NCBI RefSeq assembly: GCF_000315625.1
Contig: NW_005434620.1
Coordinates: forward strand, 272,747-336,746
DNA length: 64,000 nt
Direction: 5' to 3'
Source: Guillardia theta CCMP2712
Lineage: Eukaryota; Protista; Cryptophyta
Position 1 is the stretch's first letter. Every line of letters begins with the position of its first letter. Below are positions 40,138-52,043 of the stretch, piece by piece. Position numbers and translations under genes: made by a program. Below the pieces are notes generated by a model that did not search any database, had not been told where the DNA came from, and saw nothing but the letters and a program-made list of their open reading frames with translations.

Positions 40138-41868
40138 TCAGGGAAAAACCCGCTGCAGACTGATCGCTGCTTTCTCCATGGCCTCCCCTTCCAGAACGAT
40201 CCTCATGGCTTTTACAGTCTGTAGCAGAATTTAGGCAGGTAGGAAGAAGCAACTAAGTCTTCACCTGAGCGCTCTTGCTGATCCGAACGATCGCTAACAC
40301 CGCACGACTCGCGGCCCGGAATCGCTCAATGGGCGACGAGTGGCGCTGAATCAGGTTGAGGACTGAGAGAGCAAGTGAGCAAGGACGGAGGACAGTGACA
40401 TCGATGCTCACAGATGTTGATTGCCCTTGCCAGCTCTTGCCCAGCTCGGACAGGACTACAACGACGCCACAGAGGATCAGAGGCGGAGGGACGTCATTGT
40501 AGGAGTTTCACCTCAATGCGATCAGAAGATCGTTGGTAAGGCTCTTGCGAGCGTTCCTGAGATGGACGTTACCACTGATAGCGCAGCACACTTACTTCGC
40601 CCTCGCTGCGGGCATGCTCACCAATAACTGCGCTTCCGTCGAACGCCCAGCTTCTCCAGCGCCTGATCTGACTCCCTCTGCCCAGCAAGCTTGAGGAGAA
40701 CAAGGAGAAGCCGTTAGAGGTCCTTTACCTGGACCTCGAAGACTGACAGAGTCGTGTCCACCCGTTCCAGCGCGCAGAGAGCGACTGGTGTGAGTCGCCA
40801 GCGGGCGGAAGGGTTCGACTTCTTGTCCCCGTCCTGCGACAGGACCTGGCAGGATGTCAGGGAGAGCAGGAGGATGGGAGGAGGAGAGCAGGAGGAGGAA
40901 AAGAAAGATGGGAGGAGGAGGAAGATTGCAGTAGGAGGATGATGAAATGAGGAGCAGAAAGATGGCGAGCTCACGTTGACGATGGATTCGGCGATGGCCC
41001 GGCGATGGCTCAACTCGCGCAGCAAATTCCACTCCTCGAGGAGCGCCTTGGAGACTCGGTTGCTGCAGGTAGTCATCGTTAGGAGGAAGCGGAGAAGGAA
41101 GAGGAGGAGAAGAGAAGGAGAAGACGAGGAGAGGAGGAGGAGGAGGAGGAGAGGAGGAGGAGAGGAGGAGGAGAGGAGGAGGAGGTGCAGAGAAGGAGCA
41201 GCTAGACGAGCAGGGAGGGGAACGGGAGATGTACAAGGAGGATCAGGGGGGTCGATTGAGAGGCAGGCGAATCATCAAGAGGTCAGAGGAAGGACGGTCT
41301 GTGGGTTTTGGGGGAGGAAATCTACTTTTGTGTGCCCATGAGCCAACCGACGTTGCTATCCCACGACTCCTCTGAACCGAGACGATCAGTGGAAACTGTT
41401 GCATCGACCTTCGCAAGCGGGGAGGAAGAGACGGAGGAAGAAGAGAAGAGCCAAAGAAGACTAGGAGAGGAGGGGCAGCAACCAAGGTCAAGGTTACCCG
41501 CTTGATCGATGGCGATGGCAATCAGACGAGAGATGTGTCGTTTGCGATCCTCGAAGGAATACTCCTTGTCCACCGGGAGCATCTCGGAGGACTGCATGCT
41601 GCCTCCTTTCATCTCCTCCACAAACACGTTTGCTAGGGTGAGACGTCTTCCTGACGACAGGGCCTTGTGGCGATGGCTCCGTTCATCGCCGTTGTCTCGT
41701 ATGGAGTCTGATCGAGTTGTCAAGGGAGAGAGGAGATGAGATGAGAATGTCGTTCACCCTGAGCAGCTTGAATCCTGTGAATGAGAAGATTGACGTCTTT
41801 GAACAAGAGTTTGGCTCTGGAAACATCCCTTCGTCAGCCCGCAGTTGTGCGATAATGGAATAAGAAAG

Positions 41869-41903
<35 letters not shown>

Positions 41904-44900
41904 TGATGATGATGATGATGATGAGGAGGAGGAGGAGGAGGAGGAGGAGGAGGAGGAGTAGGAGTAGGAGGAGGAGGAGGAGGAGGGTGGTGGTGGTGGG
42001 GGGGGATGGCGGAGGGTTTAACCTTGTTTTGAAGTCATCAGGCTCCACAGTCTGTTCTCATAACATCAAGCTATCAGATAAAGATGACAAGCGTTCTGTT
42101 TGCGCTCACCTTCCCCGGCTCGTACGTGATCGTTATCATGGGTGTCTCGGGGATGAAAACAGACAATTTCCTCCTTGCTACTTGGATCGGAGACGTTCCA
42201 AACTCGATGGACATCGTGTTCATGATAGTCCTCAGCAGGAGATCGATGTGCTCCACGCAAAGTCTGACCTGGAGGAGGGTTGAGAGGTAGGAGTGAAACT
42301 TTTGGACCGTAGCGAGGAGAGGGCGGAGGACAGAAAAATGGAGAGAAGGAGGAGACGTTCAAGAGAGGGCAAGAAGAACAGAGAGGGAGAGGAAAGAGAA
42401 GGATGGGAGAAAAGAAGAAACAAAGAAAAGGAGGGAAGGGGGGAGGGGGGAAGAGAGGAGAAAGGAGCGAATATCTGCTAGCCTTACATTCATCGGACTT
42501 TTCATTCTCCTGAAGATATCCTCCAAAGCCTCCACCACGTTGTTCTTGACCAGCTCCTGGGCCCCCTCCTCGAACTTGGCGCATGATCTCAGGACCTGTC
42601 AAAGTAGTCAATAGCGACCTTCTCACTCGCATGCAGGGAGGCTACTCACCGTCAGGCTCAGCTCCGCCCCTCGACTGTTGGAGAAAGTCTCGTCTTGCTC
42701 GGCCCACTGAGTGAAGGAGGACAGGGAAGAAAGAACCTTCCACACCAGGTTGTTGCTGAGAAGCTCGAGGGCGAAGGGTTTCTCCTGCAGCAGGCTATTG
42801 AGCGACTTCAGCACGTTGTCCGACATCTCGTGGACTCTAGAGTTGATCCTTGAGAGCAGACATTCCATGAGGGAGGAGGCGGGCGGCTGGTGCAGAGCCC
42901 CTGCCATCTTCTTGCGGATGGTGGAGTGATCGCAGATCCACGAGATCACGACGACGGCACGGGAGGAAATGTGCAGGTTCTGATGCTTCATGAGGTCGAG
43001 GAGGGGGAGGAGCATGCCGACGTTGTTGATGCTCTCGACCTCGTGGGGGTAGACGGAGGAGATGAGGATGGTGAGGACGAGATCGATCTTCTCCATCTCC
43101 GTTACCGAGAACTTGAGGCTCTTCCTCTCGTTGATGATGCTCTCCAGGATGAACTTGCACCTCGGCCAGAGCTTGGCGAAGTTTGTCGCCTGCCTGCGGC
43201 ATATTGACCGCAGCATCTTCTTCCTCTCCACCATGATGTCTGGCAGGCTAGAGGAGGCTGACGGTTCCTTGACCTGCACGTCCCTGGCAGCGCGCTGATG
43301 GGAGGGGCGAGCAGGGGAGCGAGTGGGGGAGCGAGGGGAGGAAAGAGGAGAGGTGCGAGTGGGAGAGCGAGGAGGGGAGCGAGGAGGGGAGCGAGGAGGA
43401 GGAGGAGGAGGAGGCTTGCCAGTGGAGCGGAGGAAGGCTTTCTGGAAGTCTGGGAACCGCTGAGCAACGAGGGTGATGGCGACTTTGGAGATCTTGAGGA
43501 TATTGCAGGAGGACGTGGCGAACACAGAAGCACTCCACGGCTCGTCGTCTCGGAGGTCGAAGGAGCCGAAGGCGTCTCCTGCTCTGATCTTGGACAGGTT
43601 CTTGACTTTGTGATGACGAAGGGATGTGTACACCTGTTCAGTAGAGCGTGAGATGACGTGGGAGAGGGAGAGGGGCGGGAGAAGTTAGGAGGATGGTGGG
43701 CCGATGGTAAGAGCCAAGGTGGATGGCAGTGCAAGTTGAGCAGACAGTCATTGCATGCAGATCACAACATTGCAACGTAGTGGACGTGACAGAAGCACAT
43801 ACACATCAATCAATATATATACATATCGACCTCACATCAATATCGACACCACACGCAACGTGCCATCACCGTCTGCAAGCTTCCTGAGATGACGAGGTAA
43901 CCCGCCACATTCGCATCTCCCTGACGAACGACCTGGTCTCCAGCCTTGAACTGACAGTACCTCCCGATCTCAGCCAGCATGCAGAGGGCCTCCTCTTGCA
44001 TCCAGCAGAACGGTACGACCTTAATTGCTCGCTGCATTGCCTGCACCGCAGTGCGGATGGTACGCGGGGGCAGTCGATCTCTTCCCTTCTCCGCTACTGT
44101 TGTGACCATCTTGACGATACAGCGGAGCTCGTACAAGTCCTCGTCGTCTGTGCCCTCCGCTCCCCTCCCCTCGAACCTGTCGGCGATGGTTTCGAAGAGG
44201 CCGGAAAGGAGGAGGCCCTCGAGGTAGTAGTGGTTGAGGCTGTTGGGGGCGTTGAGCATCACAGTGAAGGACTCGAGTATGTTGCACTTGAGCTGATGGA
44301 TACCTTGCTTGACCCCCCCCGACCGGATCTGAGAGGGAGGAGCAGGGGCAGGAAGAGAGGGAGGATGCGGAGACTGCGGCGGGTTGGCAACCGACTTGAC
44401 CGAGTCTTGAGAAAGGCTGTTGAGGCTCGGGACGGATGGTCCAAACTCGAACTTGTCCATAATGAGATCGTTGAAGAAAAGGACGATACCATGGACAAGC
44501 TCGTTGGAGTTGTACGCTGAGTTGCAGAAGGCTTCTCGTAGGTTGACGACTTTGCTGTCAAACCTGAAGCACTGCCATACTTCTCCCTTGGCGTTCGCCG
44601 CGCGACAGAGGCGGAGGAAAATCTTTGAGGCCCGGAGGGAGGTCGTGATATCGTTCCCATTGACGTACTTGTAGATCCCCTGAAAAGTGTAGGATGAGAG
44701 GAGGAGGAGGAGAAGGGCAAAACAGAAGTGAAAAGAGAAGAAGCAGATAAGTTGAGGTAAGAAAAGTTTGGCATACATCAATCAATGAGTTGCTGAAATT
44801 TTCTTCAATCTCACTGTAAGGCAAACAGAAGGAATAAGTCAGTGGCAAGATTGGAAATTCACATTAGTAAAAATGTTACATGTTGTGTATGAAGACGGCT

Positions 44901-47269
44901 TCAAGCGCCTCTACGCTCTTCCTGCGGATGTTGACGCTTGCTACGTTCCAGTTCTACCAACAGTCTCAGCCTTGCTCCAGAGCTCTCGCGCATTCATGGT
45001 CAACCTGTAATAGCAGGTCGATGCCGTCGAGCTCGACGAACTGTCTGGCCGCCTGTACACTCTTGGACAGCAACTGCGGTCCATCAGCGCTCAGATAACG
45101 AAAATCGGCAGTGAGGAGGTAGAAATTAAGACGGGGAGGGAGGAGGAGGATGGAAGAGGAGGAGCAAGGGCATGACCCCGAAACACAAGGTGTTGAAGAT
45201 TGCACTTTGACAACGAGGCCTCAAGTTGATAGACTTTAGGAGGAGATGAATTAAGAAGATGAGGAGCAGAGAAGGATCCAACACGAAGAGAAGAGGAAGG
45301 AGGAAGGAGGAAGGAGAGCAGAAGCAGTAACAGAAGGACGAGAGGAGGAGGACGAGGGGAGGACAAAAGTTGGTCCAGAGGAGGAGGGAGAGGGAGAAGA
45401 CGAAAAGGAAGAGGAGCGGGTGTGGAAGAGGGAGAGGAGAACAGGAGGGAGAGGAGGAGAACGAGGAGGAGAGAGGGACGAGAAAGAGGAGGAGGAGAAG
45501 CAGGAGGAGGAGGAGGAGGAGGAGGAGGAGGAGGAGGAGCGAGATGGAATCTCTCGGGGCTGCTCTCTTGCTGCTCAGCCTCTCGAATTGGAACCTCCTC
45601 GGGGTCGTCGGGTGCTTCTTGTGGGAGCTGCCCGTCGGATTCTCCGACGTCGTGGCTTCATCCTGCTCCTCCTGTTGCCTCTGGCCTGCAACAGTGCGAA
45701 CTTCCTTCAACGAACGCCCGTGCAGTGACGTTGCGTGCTTCGACTCTATGTTCTGCTTCAACAAGGCTGCAATGTCCAAGACACATTTCCTGCACAATCA
45801 CTCGCTCATGATACCATCACTCCCTGGACGCAAGCGATCTCACCGGAAAGTGTCGAAGTCAAGTTCCATTGTCCCTTTGGTAGCTTCGCTGGAGCCGTGC
45901 CTGTCGGAGGGACTCAGGAGAGAAACGCAGAAAGCATGAGAGGGAAAACAACATTTGGAAGATGGAGAAGGCGTTTGTCTTCGTGATCTGGCCAAGTTTG
46001 CGATCGAACCGCTGAGTTTGTATGCCTATATCGACGTTCTGCGGGAGCCCGGTGAGAGAGAGGCTATGATGCGAGGGAAGAGCTTTACCTCCACTGATCC
46101 CATCACAAGAACTCCCAGACTTGTCAGGAGACTGAGAAACTCCTGGGTGTCGAGAGTGCTTGACCTTTTGCACAGTCAAACTTTGTAGGTGATGCAGACG
46201 TTGTGTTACCGGCTGCTTTCTGTCGCGTGAGCTTGACCGAGGGCGGCAAACTTCTCGAAGAGAACAAGAGCGTGCGATGTGAACTACAAGATGTTAGATG
46301 AGCTGTGATGGAAGACAAGACATCAAGACAAGACATGAAAAGAAAATATCAACTCATGACATGGTAAGAAGACATCAAGAAAAGACAAGTCACCTGATCA
46401 ATCCATCGGTCAACTCTTGGGCGATAGATTGGGATCTCCCTATCTACCACCGCCTGTGCACCGTTGGGCCTGCACTTGATGAAGAAGTCGATCTTTTTGG
46501 CGTGTATGATGATATTCCCAAAGTCCTGCGTCGTTCCATATCGCACCTTCTTCTTCTCCGGCTCCTCTAGAGGCACCGAGAAGACATTGCTCGGACCGAT
46601 CTCGTTCGCATCCACTATCTCATCTAGGGTCGTTTCGATGGTTGCGATGGCGTGATTTTTCCAAGTGAGCGTCTTTGAAGGCTTCCAGGCGTACTCGTCG
46701 TCGACGATGATGAACCGAACTTTCTGCTCCTCCACACCCCGGTACGTCCTCGCACGATGAAAGTTGACCACGAACTTCCTCTCGAAGTGCGGGTTGGAGT
46801 TGTTCTCCACACGTTCTGTCCTGAAGACTTCGTTCCACTCGTCGTCGAGCGCGTCAGTCCCCTTTCTCAGCACGATGCACATTGGGTCGCATTCGATCGA
46901 CTTGTTGCTACGTTGCAGGCGGGCGCAAGTGATTTGGAAGAGATAAGGCTGCGACGGGATGGAGTCGTATCTGGCACTCTTCATACCAGCTCGCTGGAAA
47001 CGAATCTCTAGAGGAGTCTTGGGCCTGATGTCGTACTTGCCCCTCATCGCCTCATGCACGCGCGAGTCGTTCATCCATATCCTCATCCCATTCCTGGTGT
47101 CCAGCTGGTCCATGACCAGCGGAACATCATGGTGAGCTCGCTGGTAGTAGGTCTCATGGAAGGGGAGAGTGCTCAGGTTTTGTTCCTCCCCTTCCTCCTC
47201 TTCTTCTTCCTCCTGTGTCTTGTTCTCCGATATGCTGCTCAGGTTGAGCGGAGGGAGGATGGTCGTCAT
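40138..47269 (-). CDS. Large multidomain protein: copine-like C2 domain, helical (ARM-like) regions and a cyclic-nucleotide-binding domain
   Basis: C2: FQITCARLQR...CDPMCIV...WNEVFRTERVENNSNPHFERKFVVNF...QKVRFIIVD...IATIETTLDEIV. CNB: LCMLAEIGRYCQFKAGDQVVRQGD...YLVISGSL...IRAGDAFGSFDLRDDEPWSASVFATSSCNILKISK. Last exon ...AAISLQRVFP*. Confidence 0.8.
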
Positions 47270-47354
47270 TTCAATATTGTGCTGGACTTCTCTAGACCAT
47301 TTTTCTCCTTCCTGTGAGCAACAACGTTAGCTGACAGTGGTAACATCTCCGATT

Positions 47355-48023
47355 ATGAACTGAAAGCTCGTGATATTTGTGCTGGTCCATGAACTACCTT
47401 GTTTACTCCTTTTTCTCTTGCACCCTTCCGCATGCCGTATTCCTTCTCTTTTTCACGCTTCCTCCTCCTCTCCTCCTCTCCTCCTCTCCTCCCCTCCTCC
47501 TCTCCTCCTCTCCTCCTCTCCTCCTCTTCCCCTCTTCTCCTCCTCTCCCCCTCCTCTCTTCCTCCTGTCCTCTCTTCCTCAGCTGCGAGGAGGCTCCAGC
47601 ATGGCTTCACCTTCCGTTGACTCGTTGAAAACGTTGACCGGTAAGGCAGCGATATGGAATATGTGGCAATACCTATCCCCTTCTTGCTGCCCCGAGCTTC
47701 CCACCCCACCCTGGTCTTTTTGTACATACGAAAGGTGGCCCCACAACCCCCCACCCCCGGGGTCAAGGAGCAATGTGAAAAGCTTCTGAGAAAAGCAGTC
47801 AATAAAGGAGAAAGAAAAGATGGTAGCGAATTGCGGTGCGACGAATTTCAAGCAGGATGAGCAGAGGGTTGTTGTGCCTGACAAGAATGGGTACTTGATT
47901 CATTCCGTGCTGTTTGAAAGGATTGAGAGTGTGCGCTTCGAATGCCGCGGGGAAGGACACTGGAGAGGAGAGCATTCAAAGCAAACTGAGACGTTTCTGT
48001 GTCCAGGACAATCGCCGGAATGA
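47355..48023 (+). pseudogene. Possible relic of a signal-peptide plus LRGG-motif protein gene
   Basis: ATG AAC TGA AAG CTC GTG... reads MN*KLVIFVLVHELPCLLLFLLHPSAC...QLRGGSSM..., then a GTAAGG donor at 47641. Downstream frames are broken. Confidence 0.3.
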
Positions 48024-48365
48024 CTCAGGTGTGTATCTCGCAAAGAAGTGCTGCCAGATGGGGGAATCCACCAGATCAAGAGTGTGCAGTACCCAGTCCG
48101 CAGGGGTTGAACACTCAAATGATCGAAAGATCTTGGCGAACAGGGCAACGTCCACGTCCTCGAAGTATATTATTATTATTATTTGAGTTTATTAGACTCT
48201 TAGTCAAGAGTTTCATAGCTAAGAACTATTGCTCTTCGCTCATCTCTCGCCTAATGATCCGTCCCATACACCTTATCATATCTCACTTTTCGCAGTATTC
48301 ATTTTACACAAAACTGCCGTGTGGATGTTATGCCGTCGGATATGCTGCCCGTCAAGTACACCATG

Positions 48366-48700
48366 TTACTGCACAGGGGCTGAATTTTTGCACTGACTGT
48401 ATACGTATTGCTGCATGATAACAGGAAAAACCTTCTGCAGGACGCGTTTCGCAAATGCTTCGAACTTGCTTTTCATCTTCTCAACTTTTTGCCACAAGCG
48501 AACGCTTATATCAGTGGGTCCCACCACCGACGTGTACATCATCCAGCACTTTGTCTTGAGTGGCCCATCATCACCGTTGAGGAAAGCTTGGAAAGCATCG
48601 GTGAAGATGACTTCTGGGGCAGTGAGAACCGTCTCGGAAGGGGTTCCAGCGCTGGCGGCCATAAGGAAGACCGAGTGGTAGGATAAGAGCAAACTGCCAC
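48366..48700 (-). CDS. Hypothetical exon; may belong to a small gene spanning the 48.8-49.2 kb microsatellite
   Basis: Open frame of ~110 codons after a TAG acceptor near 48701. No recognisable motif. Confidence 0.3.
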
Positions 48701-48761
48701 CTAGTCCACAGGGCCGGTAGGATTGTGGTGCCAGGACCTACCTTGATTTGAGCAACAACTT

Positions 48762-49225
48762 GAGTAGAGTAGAGTATAGAGTAGAGTATAGAGTAGAAGT
48801 AGAAGTAGAGTAGAAGTAGAGTGGAAGTAGAAGTAGAGTAGAGCAGAGCAGAGCAGTGCAGTGCAGTGCAGTGCAGTGCAGAGCAGAGCAGAGCAGTGCA
48901 GTGCAGTGCAGTGCAGTGCAGTGCAGAGCAGTGCAGAGCAGAGCAGAGCAGAGCAGAGCAGAGCAGAGCAGAGCAGAGCAGAGCAGAGCAGAGCAGTGCA
49001 GAGCAGAGCAGAGCAGAGCAGAGCAGTGCAGTGCAGTGCAGTGCAGTGCAGAGCAGTGCAGTGCAGTGCAGTGCAGTGCAGAGCAGAGCAGAGCAGAGCA
49101 GAGCAGAGCAGAGCAGAGCAGAGCAGAGCAGTGCAGAGCAGAGCAGAGCAGAGCAGAGCAGAGCAGAGCAGAGCAGAGCAGTGCAGTGCAGTGCAGAGCA
49201 GAGCAGAGCAGAGCAGTGCAGAGTA
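48762..49225 (+). repeat. Compound pentanucleotide satellite: GAGTA-like units, then 76 mixed GAGCA/GTGCA units (48841-49220)
   Basis: Direct reading of the tandem units. Confidence 0.95.
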
Positions 49226-49457
49226 CATCTAAGACAATAGCGCGCGTACATGCAGGGAGCACAAGAAGTGCAGATTACGTTGTGACATCGCAGACATCCC
49301 TGTGCAGAGCATCAACTAGGGTGTGAAAGGCAGAAAGCTGATATCAAGAGACTGAAAGAAAGTTCTAATGGACAGATGGAAGGCTTGTCTTCCTCCTCTG
49401 TCTCGTCTGTGTGTCTATGAACATCCATCTTGACACGTGTTCGAAACAGGTGTAACT

Positions 49458-51790
49458 TTAGTGAAAACTCCTGCCCTTATCGAAAAATACAGCTAGGAAA
49501 GAAGGAGGCGAGGGAGACAACGTCAACGGCCTCTCTTCCGCAGCTCCATACCTGGGAAATATATGAGGGGAGTGAAAGTAACAGAGGACAGAAGCCAAGA
49601 TGTAGAGTTTGTCTATGGATATGAAGACTTCTGCAGTGATGGATGCGACAAGATGTATTTCATGCGTCATACCATCTTTCGACCAAATCTCTTTCTGCCT
49701 GTAGACGTTCTCCTTTGCATCCAAGACCTTCTTGGTGTCTGATCTGATGACAAGTTTGTCAACAGCCTCGAAAGGAGATTTCCTAAAGCTTCAGTGGCCA
49801 CGTCAGCCGACGAGTCAAGGGTAACGAAAAGTCTACCGAAGGAGATGGCTCATTGCTTCCGCGGTGGTAACAGATGCTTCTGGAAACGCTGTCTGACATA
49901 AATATGAGGTATGCAGCGCAACAGGGCAAAGACTTACAGCAAACAAGTCGGCCAGCTCGTCTAGTTTGCTCGCTGTGAATTCCGCCCTCAGATCTTTGGA
50001 GTTGAAACACGATTAAGCTTCTCTTCAAACGCGCAAGGTTCATAGTCCATTGTGGTCACGTACCGTTCTCATAAAAGTGCTTGAAAAGTCGAGAGAGCTG
50101 GAAACGGGTCGCCTTTCCGAACTTCAGTTGATAATCGATTCTACCGGGTCGTATAAGAGCTGGATCAAGCGCTTCAATGTTGTTGCATGTCATGAAAACG
50201 ATTCTTGATTCCTACAGCATGCTATCACGAAATCCTTACAATCCTACCAAAGTGTTTTCACCTGAGCGTCCACCCCATCGATAGCATTCAGGAGTCCTTC
50301 GAGACTGATCGATGCACCTATTTGTTAAGAGATTCAACTGCACACAGTGATATGGCCCACAAAGAGACCTGTCCTTCCACTGTCTAAGTCGTTGTGCAAG
50401 AACCTTCTTCGAGTGCTGTCGATGTCCTACAGGTGCTCACGTCAGCGAGACTCTCTGGACTCAACAAGTGAACCTCGAGTAAGATGATGCTCTTCTGTGC
50501 AGCGGAAGAGAAAAGAGAATTCAACCCTTCATCTGAAATTCGCAGTGATCTTCAATGGCCCGATGCACCAATCCTCAAATTCACCGTTCAAAGTCTCCAA
50601 CGCCATGGACAATATGTAGACCGGCATCTGGCAAGTCGTCAACACTGCCATCATCGCAGTACCTTGTGATCACTTGGAATTCCCCCGCAATCGCTTTCAC
50701 TAACGAGCTCTTGCCTGTCCCTGGCGGTCCGTGCAGCAAGTACCCGTCTGTGCAGACCGTCAAAGGAGCGGCAGATGCTTCAGTGCAGTCACCAGCACCT
50801 GTACGGCAGCCCCCTCCCTGCATACCACTGCTCCGATCTGAGAAACTGAGCACACAGTATTAGGAAGCAAGACACTCTCCCTGCTATCAAGACCTCCTGC
50901 ACATCACTGAAGATGTCCTCCCCATCGGTCCCATCCAGTATGACTGACTTGATGGGACGGCTGAGCCGGAACCCTCCGTCCACCCAAGAGCATCCCTGAA
51001 AGCGTCTTCAGTCATCTTCCTGAGGCTCCAGGGAGGAAGCAGGAACTTTACCGTGCGGCCACCTAGCCCGTACCCCTGGTTTCCAGATACCCGAAAGAAC
51101 TGAAAATTACAGGCAAGCGCGATAAGAAAGGGGTCAAGGCAGCTGGTACATCAGGTGAACCTGTGTCTTCTTGACCAGAAAGCGGGAAGACAGCCTCTTT
51201 CCCTCCAAGATGAGCTCCCGCATCCGTTGGTGGCCCTTGTACCTCAGCATGCAGACCTCAATCTTCCCGTTGTTCAGGTCTAACTCCGTCCAAGGAGAGC
51301 CGTGCGATGAGAGCTGACCATACCACGAGCTGGTAGATGGCAAGTGATCGTTCCTGTCTGCGCGAGGAGATGGCGAAGTTGGGCATCTCCTCAGCCATAC
51401 TGGCCATGACTTCCACCATACCAACACCTCCCTGTCCACCACCGGGCGCAGGGCTACCTTACTGTCTCTGCCATGGCTGCCGCCAGTGTCTGAGTCGCTG
51501 TTGCACAAGACATCCTCTAGGGGATCTTCTTCCACCATGAGCGAAGGTCTCCACCGCAGGGATGCGCTGCTGATCGCCGGATGCTCCTCCATCCATCGGC
51601 ACAGCGCGAAGTGCTCTTGGGTGCCGCGGTCGAGTTCGTAGTAGATCAGCAGCTTCGAGTGCAGCCAGTCCTTGAGCAGCTGCCAGAGACGCCAGAGGAG
51701 CGAAACCAGGAACCCTCCAGCTCCCAGCATGATCGAACCCCCCAGCAGCTGCCCCTGCACTGCCCCCGCCACTGCCTCCCATGTCTGCAT
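49458..51790 (-). CDS. BCS1: BCS1-like mitochondrial AAA+ ATPase (3' end approximate)
   Basis: N-terminal TM (LLGGSIMLGAGGFLVSLLW), RPIKSVILD...FLRSEQWYAGRGLPYR|RGYLLHGPPGTGKSS (Walker A), IILLE|DID (Walker B), SLEGLLNAIDG, RIVFMTCNNIEALDPALIRPGRID. Confidence 0.9.
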
Positions 51791-52043
51791 GGCAATCGGG
51801 CTCTCTCCTCCAAGCAAGGCAACAAAGCAGCTTGTAAGCCCGCCTCAGAATCTTCCCCGAGCATGGTGTCGGGCGGGTAGATGTGGCGGCGGGGCAGGAG
51901 CAGGAGCGACAGAGCATGCGGTGCAGATGTTGTTGCAGGTGATGGGAAGATGCGAAGGATGCTCTGTGAAGCAGACGCTGGGGTGAGGGCCAGCACGACG
52001 TTCTTGCTGGGCACTAGCGAGTAGGTAGCGAAGCCCTGTGAAG

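Noticed and set aside
48571-49326. CSALL/AEQSR repeat ORFs, and a possible CRISPR-like or telomeric array
   Set aside because: Translations of a stop-free pentamer satellite. There are no spacers and it is not a telomeric unit.
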